Of a stretch of 64,000 bases of DNA, positions 1-11,763 are shown piece by piece. The notes beneath the pieces were generated by a model. The model was not told where the DNA came from, did no database searches, and saw only the letters and a list, made by a program, of their open reading frames with translations. Both the position numbers and the translations under genes were made by a program. Position 1 is the stretch's first letter. Every line of letters starts with the position of its first letter. Source of the stretch: Candidatus Binatia bacterium (GTDB lineage: Bacteria; Desulfobacterota; Binatia; UBA9968; JAJDTQ01); assembly GCA_963666515.2 (NCBI GenBank), contig OY762897.2, forward strand, positions 4,416,001 through 4,480,000, in the 5' to 3' direction.

Positions 1-1201
1 CTGCCTGCGTTTCACGATCCATTTGCAGGGGGAGGTGCGTTGCCGCTGGAGGCACAGCGGTTGGGGCTGGAGAGCCACGCCAGCGATCTGAATCCAGTGG
101 CGGTTCTGATCAACAAAGCGATGATCGAGATTCCACCCAGGTTCGCAGGGTGGATGCCTGTGAATCCAGAGGCGCGACAGGGTAGAGGGGCAGACAGGCC
201 GTTGCTGGCAGAGCATGACTGGACGGGAGCGCGGGGGCTTGCTGAAGATGTCCGTTACTATGGCCGATGGTTGAGAGACCAAGCGGAGAAGCGTATCGGG
301 CATTTGTATCCAAAGGTCGAGGTTACCGAGGAAATGGTGCGGGAGCGGCCCGACCTGAAACCGTACAAGGGCCGCAAGCTTACCGTGATCGCATGGCTGT
401 GGGCGCGCACGGTGAAGAGCCCGAATCCGGCGTTTGCGGATGTAGAGGTGCCGTTGGCGTCCACGTTCATGCTCTCGACGAAGAAGGGGAAGGAGGCGTA
501 CGTCGAGCCGGTGATCGAGGGGGCTGGGTACCGATTCACGGTAAAGGTGGGGATGTCGGAGGATGGGGTTAGGACGAAGATGGGCACTAAATCGGGGGGA
601 AGCGGCAAGCCGTTTCTCTGTCTTATGTCTGGTACACCCTTGCCGTTCGACTACTTGAGGTCAGAAGCCAAATCCGGTCGCATGGGTGCGAGGCTGATGG
701 CGATAGTCGCTGAGGGCAATCGGGGTCGAGTTTATTTGGCGCCGACACTAGAACACGAAGCTGTCGCCAGAGAAGCGGAACCGCTATGGACGCCAGGCAC
801 GAAACTACCAGAACGGGCGCTCGGTTTCCGCGTACAGGAATACGGCATGACGACGTGGAGTGACCTCTTCACCGCCCGCCAACTGGTCGTGCTGACGACC
901 TTCTCTGACTTGGTGGGGGAGGCCATTGAGCAAGTCAAGAAAGACTACGCGGGAGCGTCCCACAGCATCGCTGACGACGACCGCGCCCTGAGGGACGGAG
1001 GCCTTGGACCCCGTGCATATTCCGAGGCGGTGGGGGTATATCTGGCGTTTGCATTGTCAAAGGTTGCAAACATCGGCTCATCGTTGGTTTCTTGGATGAA
1101 CGATCGTGGCGCATTGCGAGAAACTTTCGCTCGACAAGCGATACCAATGGTGTGGGATTTCGCTGAGGCTAATCCGTTCGCAGACACCGGCGGCACCCTA
1201 A

Positions 1202-2868
1202 ACTCGATTGTTGCAAAAACCACGGCTGAATTTAAGAGTCAGGCGCGGGGCGTGAGGGCTGCGAGGGCGTGACGCAGTTCTGCTTCGAGATTCGGATTGG
1301 TATTCATCGACAGGATGAGCTTGCCGGCGGGGCGAATGATACGTCCGGCTCGTTGAATGAGGGTACGGCGCAGGGTTCCGATTTCGCGGAAGCACCACAG
1401 GGCGGGGCGCTTGGCTGTGGTGGAACGCTCACGGGGGTGGATTCGCATCTGGAGTTCGCGGGTGAGGTTGTGAGCGAGGATGCTGGCGAACATGTACAAC
1501 TGGTTCCCGACGCGTGTTTTGACGGGCACGTAGCCCATTTGGCAGTGGGACTTCAACTCGGCGAAGATACCCTCTTGGGATCCCCGTCCTTCGTGGAAGA
1601 GCGCCACGTTGCGTGGGCGGATTCTCTTGTTGGTGACGATGACCTTGAACTCGTACCCATGGGAGACCGGCTTGAAGAGGTCGAGTTGGATTTCCTCCTT
1701 GTCCTGGTATCGGACGGGTTTTCTGATGAAGACGAAGCGATAGCGGGTGTTCCAGGACTTGGGCTTCCAGCGGGTCTCGAAGTAGCCGAGTCCATTGGCC
1801 ATGGGCCGCCATCGTTGTCTGCCTTCGATCATCCCCTTCAGTTCGGCCAAGCGCTCGAAGGGCACCGAGACGGTGAAGGTGACACCCAGGGAGTGAAGCC
1901 GGTCGACGATATCCCTGTTGAAGAAGGCGCTGTCCATGCGCACCTCGATCCTGGCCCGGGGCAGGCTTGCGCGCACGGTGCACACACAGCCCTGGATGAA
2001 GGCATCGGCGCCCTTGGAGTCATGGACGTTTCCCGGCCGATGGTGCACGTCGAGCACCTGGTCGGTCTGGGCCACGGTGCAAAACAGGGGGTAGTAGCTG
2101 CGCGCCCCTTTCTTCTTCTTGTTGAACCCCACCGCGGTGCCCTCGGCGTGGCGCCCGGTGCTCAAGACCGAGCCGTCGAAGTCCAGGGTGATAGTCGCGA
2201 AACCTTCGGCCACCAAGCGCTCGATGACCACCGTTCTCGACTCGGCGCGGACGTTGTCGACGCTGCACGCGTCGGCACTCTTCAGCGAGCGGCTCACGGT
2301 AGACACGTCCGGCAAGCGTTTCAGCCCAAGCAACCGCCGGACCAGTTCATCATCCCGGTAGTACGCCAAGTCTTGCAACTGTCGGTGTCCGATGATGAGA
2401 TGCACCACCAGCAGCAGCAACACGACGTGGTGACCGTAGATCGGATTGGCTTTCAGGTGGCGGAAGCACCGCCCCAGCCGCTCCTTGAGACCCAGGTGGG
2501 AAAAGAAGCACTGAAAGAGGATGAGCCCCGAATACGATGTCAGTTTCTGCGGCTCGAATCGAACCTCCATGCCCAGCGTGGCTTTACCTCGAACCGCGGT
2601 TCTGCTAAGTTTCATTTCGTGGTCTCCGTTTCATCGGGTATTGGGATGATACCAACGATGATTATATCAGTTTCGGAGACCACATCCTTGAGCTCACCTC
2701 GTTTTGTTCGAAAAAATGTCGCAACAACCCCCCTCGATTTTATCTCACGGGCGGCTGTGGCTTAGCTTCACAGATGGTGAGCCTGAGCTATTTGCCGTAT
2801 GACACCGGAGAGCCTTTGTAGGACGGCCTGAGCGGGCTCTTCAAGAGGGCGTTTTGCAACTGACGGGT
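1202..2868 (-). mobile_element. IS1380-family insertion sequence (about 1.67 kb)
   Basis: Imperfect 17-bp terminal inverted repeats: ACTCGATTGTTGCAAAA (1202-1218) versus reverse complement of 2852-2868 ACCCGTCAGTTGCAAAA. They flank one transposase inside the methylase gene. Exact ends uncertain by 1-3 bp; no clear TSD. Confidence 0.8.
1239..2615 (-). CDS. IS1380-family DDE transposase
   Basis: 458 aa; LTSYSGL N-terminus, [15 protein letters not shown] and [15 protein letters not shown] motifs typical of DDE_Tnp_1_4. Confidence 0.9.
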   Translation of the reverse strand: MKLSRTAVRGKATLGMEVRFEPQKLTSYSGLILFQCFFSHLGLKERLGRCFRHLKANPIYGHHVVLLLLVVHLIIGHRQLQDLAYYRDDELVRRLLGLKRLPDVSTVSRSLKSADACSVDNVRAESRTVVIERLVAEGFATITLDFDGSVLSTGRHAEGTAVGFNKKKKGARSYYPLFCTVAQTDQVLDVHHRPGNVHDSKGADAFIQGCVCTVRASLPRARIEVRMDSAFFNRDIVDRLHSLGVTFTVSVPFERLAELKGMIEGRQRWRPMANGLGYFETRWKPKSWNTRYRFVFIRKPVRYQDKEEIQLDLFKPVSHGYEFKVIVTNKRIRPRNVALFHEGRGSQEGIFAELKSHCQMGYVPVKTRVGNQLYMFASILAHNLTRELQMRIHPRERSTTAKRPALWCFREIGTLRRTLIQRAGRIIRPAGKLILSMNTNPNLEAELRHALAALTPRA

Positions 2869-4197
2869 GAAGGCAGCCGTCGACAAAGGGGCAATGGTGA
2901 TTGATGCGTTCCCTGCACGGAGCATGGGATGGGGTGGTCAACTCGATGCGGCACACCAAACGCTTAGTACCGACACGCTGGTGTCAACTGATCCACCGTA
3001 CTACGACAATATCGGTTATGCGGATCTCTCCGACTTCTTTTTCCTCTGGCTACGCTCTACGGTGCGGTTGATCTATCCTGACCTCTTCGCCACTCTCGCT
3101 GTACCAAAGGCACAAGAGTTAGTCGCCGATCCGTTCCGGCATGGAAATAGGGAAACTGCCAAGGCATTCTTTTTGGCCGGAATGGCGGAGGCGATGCGCA
3201 GCCTCGCTGAGAGGGCTCACCGTGGCTTCCCGGTGTCCATTTACTATGCGTTCAAGCAGTTCGAGACCAAGGACGAAACCGACGCGTCCAGTACTGGTTG
3301 GGAGAGTTTCCTTGACGCGTTGATCCGTGCTGGCTTTTCCATCACGGGCACGTGGCCAATGCGTACGGAAGGTTCTGGAAAGGATCCGAGCAAAAGGTGC
3401 CAACGCCCTCGCCTCCAGCATCGTCCTTATCTGTCGCCGACGACCGGACGACGCGCCTTTAGCCACCCGTCGCGAGTTTGTCGCCGCGCTCAAAGCCGAA
3501 CTGCCCACCGCCCTCGCTCAACTACAAGCCAGCAACATCGCGCCGGTAGACCTTGCCCAAGCGGCCATCGGGCCGGGCATGGCGATCTACACCCGCTACG
3601 CCAAGGTCCTGGACGCTGAGGGCAATCCGGTTCCGGTGCGGGATGCTCTGGCGCTCATCAACCAGACCCTGGGCGAAACCCTTGCCGAGCAGGAAGGGGA
3701 GTTTGACGCGGATACTCGCTGGGCGTTGGCATGGTTTGAGCAGCAGGGCTTTGGCGAGGGTGAATACGGCGTGGCGGAAATGCTTTCCAAGGCCAAGAAC
3801 ACGAGTATCGCTGGCATCGCCCAGGGAGGTATCCTGGTGTCTCGTGCGGGTAAAGTGCGGCTTCTGCGCCCGAAGGAATTGGCTGACGACTGGGACCCGA
3901 CTGCCGATTCGCGACTCACCGTATGGGAAGTGGTCCACCAACTTGTGCGCGTTCTGGAGAGCGGGGGCGAGACGCGGGCTGCGGCCTTTCTCAGGCGGCT
4001 TGGAGGGGTAGGGGAGACGGCGCGTGAGTTGGCCTATCGCCTCTATTCCATCGCGGAACGAAAGGGTCGTGCAGCGGAAGCGTTGGCCTACAATTCTCTG
4101 GTCCAGAGCTGGCCAGAGATCATTCGCTTGGCCCGCTCCCCGGAAGAGCCGGAGCTTTTCTGAGGGCAGAGACGCTGCCGGGGAGAGGGGAACTTCG

Positions 4198-5427
4198 GTG
4201 ACTCAATCCGAACTTGTTCGGAAGATTCGGCTTGGCGAGGACTCGATGCTGAGTCTGGAACCGGTCGTGCTTGAAGACGGCCGTGTCGTCAGCCCAAGCC
4301 GCGATGATTTTGCAGATGAGCTGGCGGCCTTTGCGAACGCCTATGGCGGTAAGTTGATCTTGGGGGTCGATGGCAGGACCAGACAGGTGCACGGGATCGC
4401 CGCTGATGCGCTGGAGGCCGTAGAAGGCTGGGTCAGACGAATATGCAGTCACTCTATTGCCCCAGCCCTTGCCCCGGAGTTTTTTTGCTTCCGGTTGGAT
4501 GGCGTTGATGGACGAGTCGTTCCGGTGATCGGGGTGGACATCCCACGCAGTCTGTTCTTGCACAAGAGCCCGGGAGGCTATTTCCGCAGGCTTGGAAGTG
4601 CCAAGCGTGAGATGTCGCGCGATTACCTGGCGCGCCTGCTCCAGCAACGCAGTCAAAGCGGCATCGTGCGCTTTGACCAATCCTTGGTGCCGGGTACGTG
4701 TACCGCCGAACTGGAATACTCGTTGACGCGCCGATTCTTGCGTGGGGACTTGATTGACGAGGGTGTCTCGGAGAACGCGGCGCGTAAGCTCAGGCTCGTG
4801 GTCGATGACAAGGATGGTATGCCGCGGCTCACGCTGGCCGGTGTTCTGCTATGCACCCGCGAACCGCAGCGTTGGCTGCCCCACGCTTACGTGCAAGCGG
4901 TCAGTTATGCGGGCGAGCGGACGGACGTGAACTACCAGACCGATGCGCGTGATATCGGCGGTCCCCTCGACGAGCAGGTTGCCGAGGCGCTGCATTTCGT
5001 GCGCAAAAACATGCTGGTGCGCGCGACGAAGACCACGGGCCGGATGGATAGGCCACAGTTCAGCGAGCGGGCCGTGTTCGAGGCTTTGGTCAATGCGGTT
5101 GCTCACCGGGACTATTCGATGGCGGGTTCGCGTGTGCGGTTGCACATGTTCGGCGATCGTCTTGAGCTGTATGTTCCCGGCCCACTGGCCAACACCCTCA
5201 CTCCCGACACCCTGCACCTGCGGCAGGCCAACCGGAACGAATTGATCGTGTCACTTCTGGCGCGCTGTCCTGCCCCCGCCGGCCTCGGTCGTGTGAATCT
5301 GATGGACCGTCGAGGGGACGGAGTACCCGTCATTCTGAGAGAGAGTCTGGAACTGTCAGGACATCGCCCGGAGTACACGGTGATCGACGAGAGCGAGGTC
5401 CGGCTCGTCATATGGGCAGCGGAATAG
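4198..5427 (+). CDS. AlbA_2 (Schlafen-like) + HATPase_c_4 domain protein
   Basis: GTG at 4198 after GGAGAGGGG; GEDS...DELAAFANAYGG (AlbA_2) and EALVNAVAHRDYS...DRLELYVPG...RNELI (HATPase_c_4/RecG-C-like). Confidence 0.82.
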   Translation: MTQSELVRKIRLGEDSMLSLEPVVLEDGRVVSPSRDDFADELAAFANAYGGKLILGVDGRTRQVHGIAADALEAVEGWVRRICSHSIAPALAPEFFCFRLDGVDGRVVPVIGVDIPRSLFLHKSPGGYFRRLGSAKREMSRDYLARLLQQRSQSGIVRFDQSLVPGTCTAELEYSLTRRFLRGDLIDEGVSENAARKLRLVVDDKDGMPRLTLAGVLLCTREPQRWLPHAYVQAVSYAGERTDVNYQTDARDIGGPLDEQVAEALHFVRKNMLVRATKTTGRMDRPQFSERAVFEALVNAVAHRDYSMAGSRVRLHMFGDRLELYVPGPLANTLTPDTLHLRQANRNELIVSLLARCPAPAGLGRVNLMDRRGDGVPVILRESLELSGHRPEYTVIDESEVRLVIWAAE

Positions 5428-5498
5428 GGGGCGGCGACCGGAAGGAACGGACCACGAGGGGCGCCACACGCACCGTCGCGGACCACCAGCAGCAGGAC

Positions 5499-6155
5499 AT
5501 GGACGCCGCTGTCAGTCGCGTTCTCACCATCGGCCATTCCGTTCATCCTTTGGAGGCATTCGTTGCCCTGTTGAGGCGTTACGAGGTCGCCAAGGTGATG
5601 GACATTCGTTCGACGCCGTACAGCCGCTTCAATCCGCAGTTCAATCGTGAGTCGCTGGCGCGCAGCCTCGCGGAGTGCGGGATCGAGTACGTGTTCTTTG
5701 GGATGGAGTTGGGCGGCCGATCCGATGATCCGTCCTGCTACGAGAACGGGCGCATCCGCTACGACCGGGTCGCGGCGGCGCCGTCCTTTCGGCGGGGATT
5801 GGACCGTGTCGTACGGGACGCCGGTGGTCGAATCGTGGCGCTCATGTGCGCAGAGAAAGAGCCGCTGAACTGTCACCGGACTTTGCTGGTGGCACAGGCG
5901 CTCGCGACCTGCGAGGTCACGGTCAGCCACATCCTGGCGGATGGCGGATTGGAAACCCACGAGGCGTCCATGAAGAGGCTGCTTGCCATTCACGGCGGCG
6001 CGCAACAAGGGGAATTATTCGCCTCGCCCGGTGGCGTTGTCGAGTGGGTGGTCGCCAGGCAGGCGGAACGCGTTGGATATAGAAGGCGAGAACAGCAAGG
6101 AGAATCACGAAAGCGTGACGTCGCGACGCGGAAGAACGGTGTTCGTGGTAAATGA
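5499..6155 (+). CDS. DUF488 family protein
   Basis: VLTIGHS, DIRSTPYSRFNPQFNRESL, ELGGR and LMCAEKEPLNCHR motifs. Confidence 0.85.
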   Translation: MDAAVSRVLTIGHSVHPLEAFVALLRRYEVAKVMDIRSTPYSRFNPQFNRESLARSLAECGIEYVFFGMELGGRSDDPSCYENGRIRYDRVAAAPSFRRGLDRVVRDAGGRIVALMCAEKEPLNCHRTLLVAQALATCEVTVSHILADGGLETHEASMKRLLAIHGGAQQGELFASPGGVVEWVVARQAERVGYRRREQQGESRKRDVATRKNGVRGK

Positions 6156-6200
6156 TGACTCGGAGCTGTATCGCTATACTGGAGTTGAACCGAGGGACTG

Positions 6201-9200
6201 ATGGCAATCACCAATCACGAACGGGTCGGTAAGGCGATGGACCTCCTCCGGGAAGGTCTTGCGCCCTTTGTCGAGCGGGAGTTGAAGGGCAAGGACGTAA
6301 CCGATGGAGTTCCCGCTTCCACCAAGCCTGTATCCGAGCAGGACGTTGCGGGGCTGCTGAAGCTGATATGGGAAAACTGGCAGTTGGTGTTCCGGAACAT
6401 CCTGGGGAACTCGGAACGGAGCCTCGTATCCGAATTGCGTGGGTGGCGCAACAAGTGGGCGCATCAGGAAAGCATCTCAAGCGACGATGCCTACCGCTCG
6501 CTGGACTCGGCGAGCCGCCTGCTGGCGGCTGTCTCAGCGCCTCAATCGGAAGAACTCGACAAGCTCAAGATGGAGCTTCTGCGCGTCCGTTTCGACGAAC
6601 AGACACGAGGGGAGCGCCGCAAGCAGGTGGGGGCGGCCATCGAGAGCGCCGTGGCGGCCGGGCTCAAGCCGTGGCGCGAGGTGATCACGCCGCACGCGGA
6701 TGTGGCCAGCGGCCGTTATCAGCAAGCCGAGTTTGCCGCCGACCTGTGGCAGGTGCACCTGGGCGAGGGGACCGCCGAGTACAAAGACCCGGTGGAGTTC
6801 TTCCGCCGTACGTATCTGACGGAGAGCCTGAAGCGGCTGCTGGCGAGAGCCGTGCAACGCTTGGCCGGGGAGGGCGGCGACCCCGTGGTGGACCTCCAGA
6901 CCAACTTCGGGGGTGGAAAAACCCATTCCATGCTCGCGCTGTACCACCTGTTCTCCGGTGCGGCCACCAGCGACCTGATGGACGTAGAGCAGATCATGCA
7001 GGACGCCGGTTCGGACCGCCTGCCGTCGGTCACGCGCGTCGTTCTCGTGGGCAACAAGATCTCTCCCGGCAATCCTTCAATCAAACGCGACGGCACGACG
7101 ATCCGGACCTTGTGGGGTGAGTTGGCTTGGCAACTCGGCGGCAAGAGCGCGTTCGAACGGGTCCAGGCCGACGATGAGAGGGCTACCAGTCCGGGCGATG
7201 TCCTGCGGGAGCTTCTCAACGAACACGGCCCTTGCCTGATCCTGATCGATGAGTGGGTCGCCTACGCGCGCCAACTCCACGATCAGAGTGACCTGCCCGC
7301 CGGAAGTTTCGAGACCCAGTTCACCTTCGCCCAGGCCCTGACCGAGGCAGCCAGGGCGGCGGAAAGCTGCCTGCTGGTAATCAGCCTGCCGGCGTCGGAT
7401 TCCGGCGGCTCACCCCATGTGGACGACGCGGAGGTGGGCGGCCAGCGAGGCCGCGAGGCCCTCGACCGGCTGCGCAACGTGGTGGGCCGTGTCGAATCGT
7501 CCTGGCGCCCTGCCAGCGCCGAGGAGGGTTTCGAGATCGTGCGGCGGCGGCTGTTCGAGCCTCTCGTCGATCCGGCGCGGTTCAAGGACCGGGACGTGGT
7601 GGCTCGGGAGTTCGCCGACCTGTACCGAAACCAGCACCAGGAGTTCCCGGTTGAATGCCGCGACGCGGATTACGAGAAGCGCATCCGTGCAGCCTATCCC
7701 ATTCACCCTGAAATCTTCGACCGGCTCTATACGGACTGGTCCACGTTGGTGAGCTTCCAGCGCACCCGTGGCGTCCTGCGGCTGATGGCGGCGGTGATTC
7801 ACAGCCTGTGGGAGAAGGGCGACCGAAACCCGCTCATTCTGCCGGCCAACGTCTCGATCGATGACAACCGGGTGCAGTTCGAACTCACGCGCTACCTGCC
7901 GGACAATTGGGTGCCGATCCTCGAAAAGGACGTCGACGGCCCCAACTCGTTGCCGCTGCGAATCGACGGGCAAACGTCCAGTCTGGGCAAGTTTGCGGCT
8001 GCGCGCCGGGTGGCCCGCACCGTCTATCTTGGCTCGGCTCCCGCGGTGGAGACCGCAAACCGTGGCCTGGAAGACCGCCGCGTCAAGCTGGGCTGCGTTC
8101 TGCCGGGCGAGTCGTCGGCGGTGTTCGGGGATGCCTTGAGACGGTTGGCAGGAGCGGCCACGTACCTCTACCAGGACGGCAATCGTTACTGGTACTCGAC
8201 ACAGCCCACCGTCACCAAGCTGGCCGAAGACCGCGCCGAGCAACTGAGGCGCGAGCCGGACAAGGTCGTCGCGGAGTTGCGGGACCGCCTCGGCGCGGAC
8301 CTGAAGCAACGGGGTGACTTCAGCCGCATTCATCCCTTGCCGCAATCCGGCCAGGACGTGCCGGATGACCGGGACGCACGCCTGGTGGTCCTGGGAAGCG
8401 ATCAGCCGTACAGCCGGGAGGGCGACAATCCGGCACACGCCGCGGCCGCGTCCATTCTCGAATCACGCGGCAACGCGCCCAGGCTGTATCGCAACTCACT
8501 GGTTTTCCTGGCAGCCGACAGGACGCGCCTGCAGGATCTCGACGAGGCGCTACGACGCTATCTGGCGTGGGAATCGATCGTGGCCGAGCGTGAGCAACTC
8601 GACCTGTCACCGCACCAGGTGAAGCAGGCCGAGACGCAAAAGGACGCGGCCTCCAGCGCGGTTACGGCGCGCCTGCCGGAAACCTACCAGTGGCTGTTGG
8701 TGCCGGTACAATCAAGGCCGCAGGATGCGATGGGCTGGCAGGCGATACGGTTGACGGGGCCGGACGCCCTGGCCCTGCGAGCAAGCAAGAGGCTCAAGAA
8801 CGAGGAGCATCTGGTCACGGCCTTGGGCGCCACACGACTTCGGATGGAAATGGAGAGGATACCCTTGTGGCGCGGCGACCACGTGGAGGTCCGGCAGATC
8901 GTCGACGATTTCGCCCGCTACCCCTATCTGCCGCGTCTCAAGGACCCCGATGTCATATTGACGGCCATCGGCGGTGGAATCGGACTCCTGAGTTGGCAAC
9001 AGGATTCATTCGCCTTCGCCGAGAGCTACGACAAGGACACCCAGCGTTATCGTGGCCTCCGAGCCGGCCAGATGATCGCGCTCCCCGACGGCGATTCCCC
9101 CGGCCTGTTGGTAAAGCCGGACGTCGCCCGCCGTCAGCTTGACGCGGAGAGCACCGAGGCAAAGACGCCAACCGGACAGCCAAATGGGGCGGAGACCGCC

Positions 9201-9500
9201 GGCGAAACTACAGCCACTCCCTTTGGGACCGAGCACAAACCACCCGACACACCAGCCTCCGCTCGGCCAAAACGTTTCCACGGCACCGTGTCCCTCGATG
9301 CGATGCGGGCCGGACTCGACGCCAGTCAGATCGCCGACGAAGTCATCTCCCATCTCGTGGGCTTGGTCGGCGCCAAGGTCAAGGTGACGCTGGAGGTCGA
9401 AGCCGAGATTCCCGACGGCGCCCCGGACCATGTCGTCCGCACCGTCACCGAGAACAGCCGCACGCTGAAGTTCACCAGCCAAGGGTTCGAAGAGGAATAG
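6201..9500 (+). CDS. Swt1-like HEPN + DUF499 AAA+ ATPase (restriction-like defence component)
   Basis: 1099 aa; N-terminal RNKWAH (HEPN Rx4H); PWREVITPHADV, EFAADL, Walker A TNFGGGKTHSM, Walker B LILIDEW, YPIHPE and FQRTRGVLR motifs of DUF499 proteins. Confidence 0.9.
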   Translation: MAITNHERVGKAMDLLREGLAPFVERELKGKDVTDGVPASTKPVSEQDVAGLLKLIWENWQLVFRNILGNSERSLVSELRGWRNKWAHQESISSDDAYRSLDSASRLLAAVSAPQSEELDKLKMELLRVRFDEQTRGERRKQVGAAIESAVAAGLKPWREVITPHADVASGRYQQAEFAADLWQVHLGEGTAEYKDPVEFFRRTYLTESLKRLLARAVQRLAGEGGDPVVDLQTNFGGGKTHSMLALYHLFSGAATSDLMDVEQIMQDAGSDRLPSVTRVVLVGNKISPGNPSIKRDGTTIRTLWGELAWQLGGKSAFERVQADDERATSPGDVLRELLNEHGPCLILIDEWVAYARQLHDQSDLPAGSFETQFTFAQALTEAARAAESCLLVISLPASDSGGSPHVDDAEVGGQRGREALDRLRNVVGRVESSWRPASAEEGFEIVRRRLFEPLVDPARFKDRDVVAREFADLYRNQHQEFPVECRDADYEKRIRAAYPIHPEIFDRLYTDWSTLVSFQRTRGVLRLMAAVIHSLWEKGDRNPLILPANVSIDDNRVQFELTRYLPDNWVPILEKDVDGPNSLPLRIDGQTSSLGKFAAARRVARTVYLGSAPAVETANRGLEDRRVKLGCVLPGESSAVFGDALRRLAGAATYLYQDGNRYWYSTQPTVTKLAEDRAEQLRREPDKVVAELRDRLGADLKQRGDFSRIHPLPQSGQDVPDDRDARLVVLGSDQPYSREGDNPAHAAAASILESRGNAPRLYRNSLVFLAADRTRLQDLDEALRRYLAWESIVAEREQLDLSPHQVKQAETQKDAASSAVTARLPETYQWLLVPVQSRPQDAMGWQAIRLTGPDALALRASKRLKNEEHLVTALGATRLRMEMERIPLWRGDHVEVRQIVDDFARYPYLPRLKDPDVILTAIGGGIGLLSWQQDSFAFAESYDKDTQRYRGLRAGQMIALPDGDSPGLLVKPDVARRQLDAESTEAKTPTGQPNGAETAGETTATPFGTEHKPPDTPASARPKRFHGTVSLDAMRAGLDASQIADEVISHLVGLVGAKVKVTLEVEAEIPDGAPDHVVRTVTENSRTLKFTSQGFEEE

Positions 9501-9567
9501 CGGTAGGACGGACCAGCTTGGCACGCTGGATCGCGATGGAAAGTAGGGACGTGTGTGAATAGGGAAT

Positions 9568-9643
9568 TGGTGGAGCCGATGGGGATCGAACCCACGACCT
9601 CTAGATTGCGAACCTAGCGCTCTCCCAGCTGAGCTACGGCCCC
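9568..9643 (-). tRNA. tRNA-Ala(CGC)
   Basis: Reverse complement GGGGCCGTAGCTCAGCTGGGAGAGCGCTAGGTT-CGC-AATCTAGAGGTCGTGGGTTCGATCCCCATCGGCTCCACCA; 76 nt with encoded CCA. Confidence 0.97.
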
Positions 9644-9663
9644 ACGCTGCTTGCAGTCTTTAT

Positions 9664-9692
9664 AAGCTAGCATTCCTCGCTCCGCGTGTAAA
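9664..9692 (-). promoter_or_regulatory. Probable sigma70 promoter of tRNA-Ala
   Basis: TTTACA-17 nt-TAGCTT with a TGn extension, about 20 nt upstream of the tRNA. Confidence 0.5.
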
Positions 9693-9792
9693 CGCAAAGC
9701 GCAAGTGAGGACGGTCAGGGGCATCATCCCGGCGGCCGTTCAATGTGCACCCTTGACACGCCACCGGCGAGTTTCGTACGCCTGCCTACACC

Positions 9793-11716
<1,924 letters not shown>

Positions 11717-11763
11717 TCAATGGTTTCGCGCCGGACATGACTTCGGGGCGGATGCCCGCTCAG

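Larger units (their letters stand above)
1..4163 (+). pseudogene. DUF1156-family DNA adenine methyltransferase, 5'-truncated by the window, interrupted by IS1380 and frameshifted
   Basis: Frame from base 1 reads [22 protein letters not shown] (SAM-binding motif I). The catalytic TDPPYYDNI motif lies in the 2867 ORF, and the C-terminus (NALASSIVLICR...IAPVDLAQAAIGPG) in the 3327-4163 ORF. Removing the IS joins GGTL to KAAVDKG in frame. One extra A near 3379-3381 shifts MRTEGSG from RIRAKGANALASS. Confidence 0.88.

Noticed and set aside
1269-2765. 498-aa plus-strand ORF inside the IS
   Set aside because: Antisense shadow of the IS1380 transposase; no motifs.
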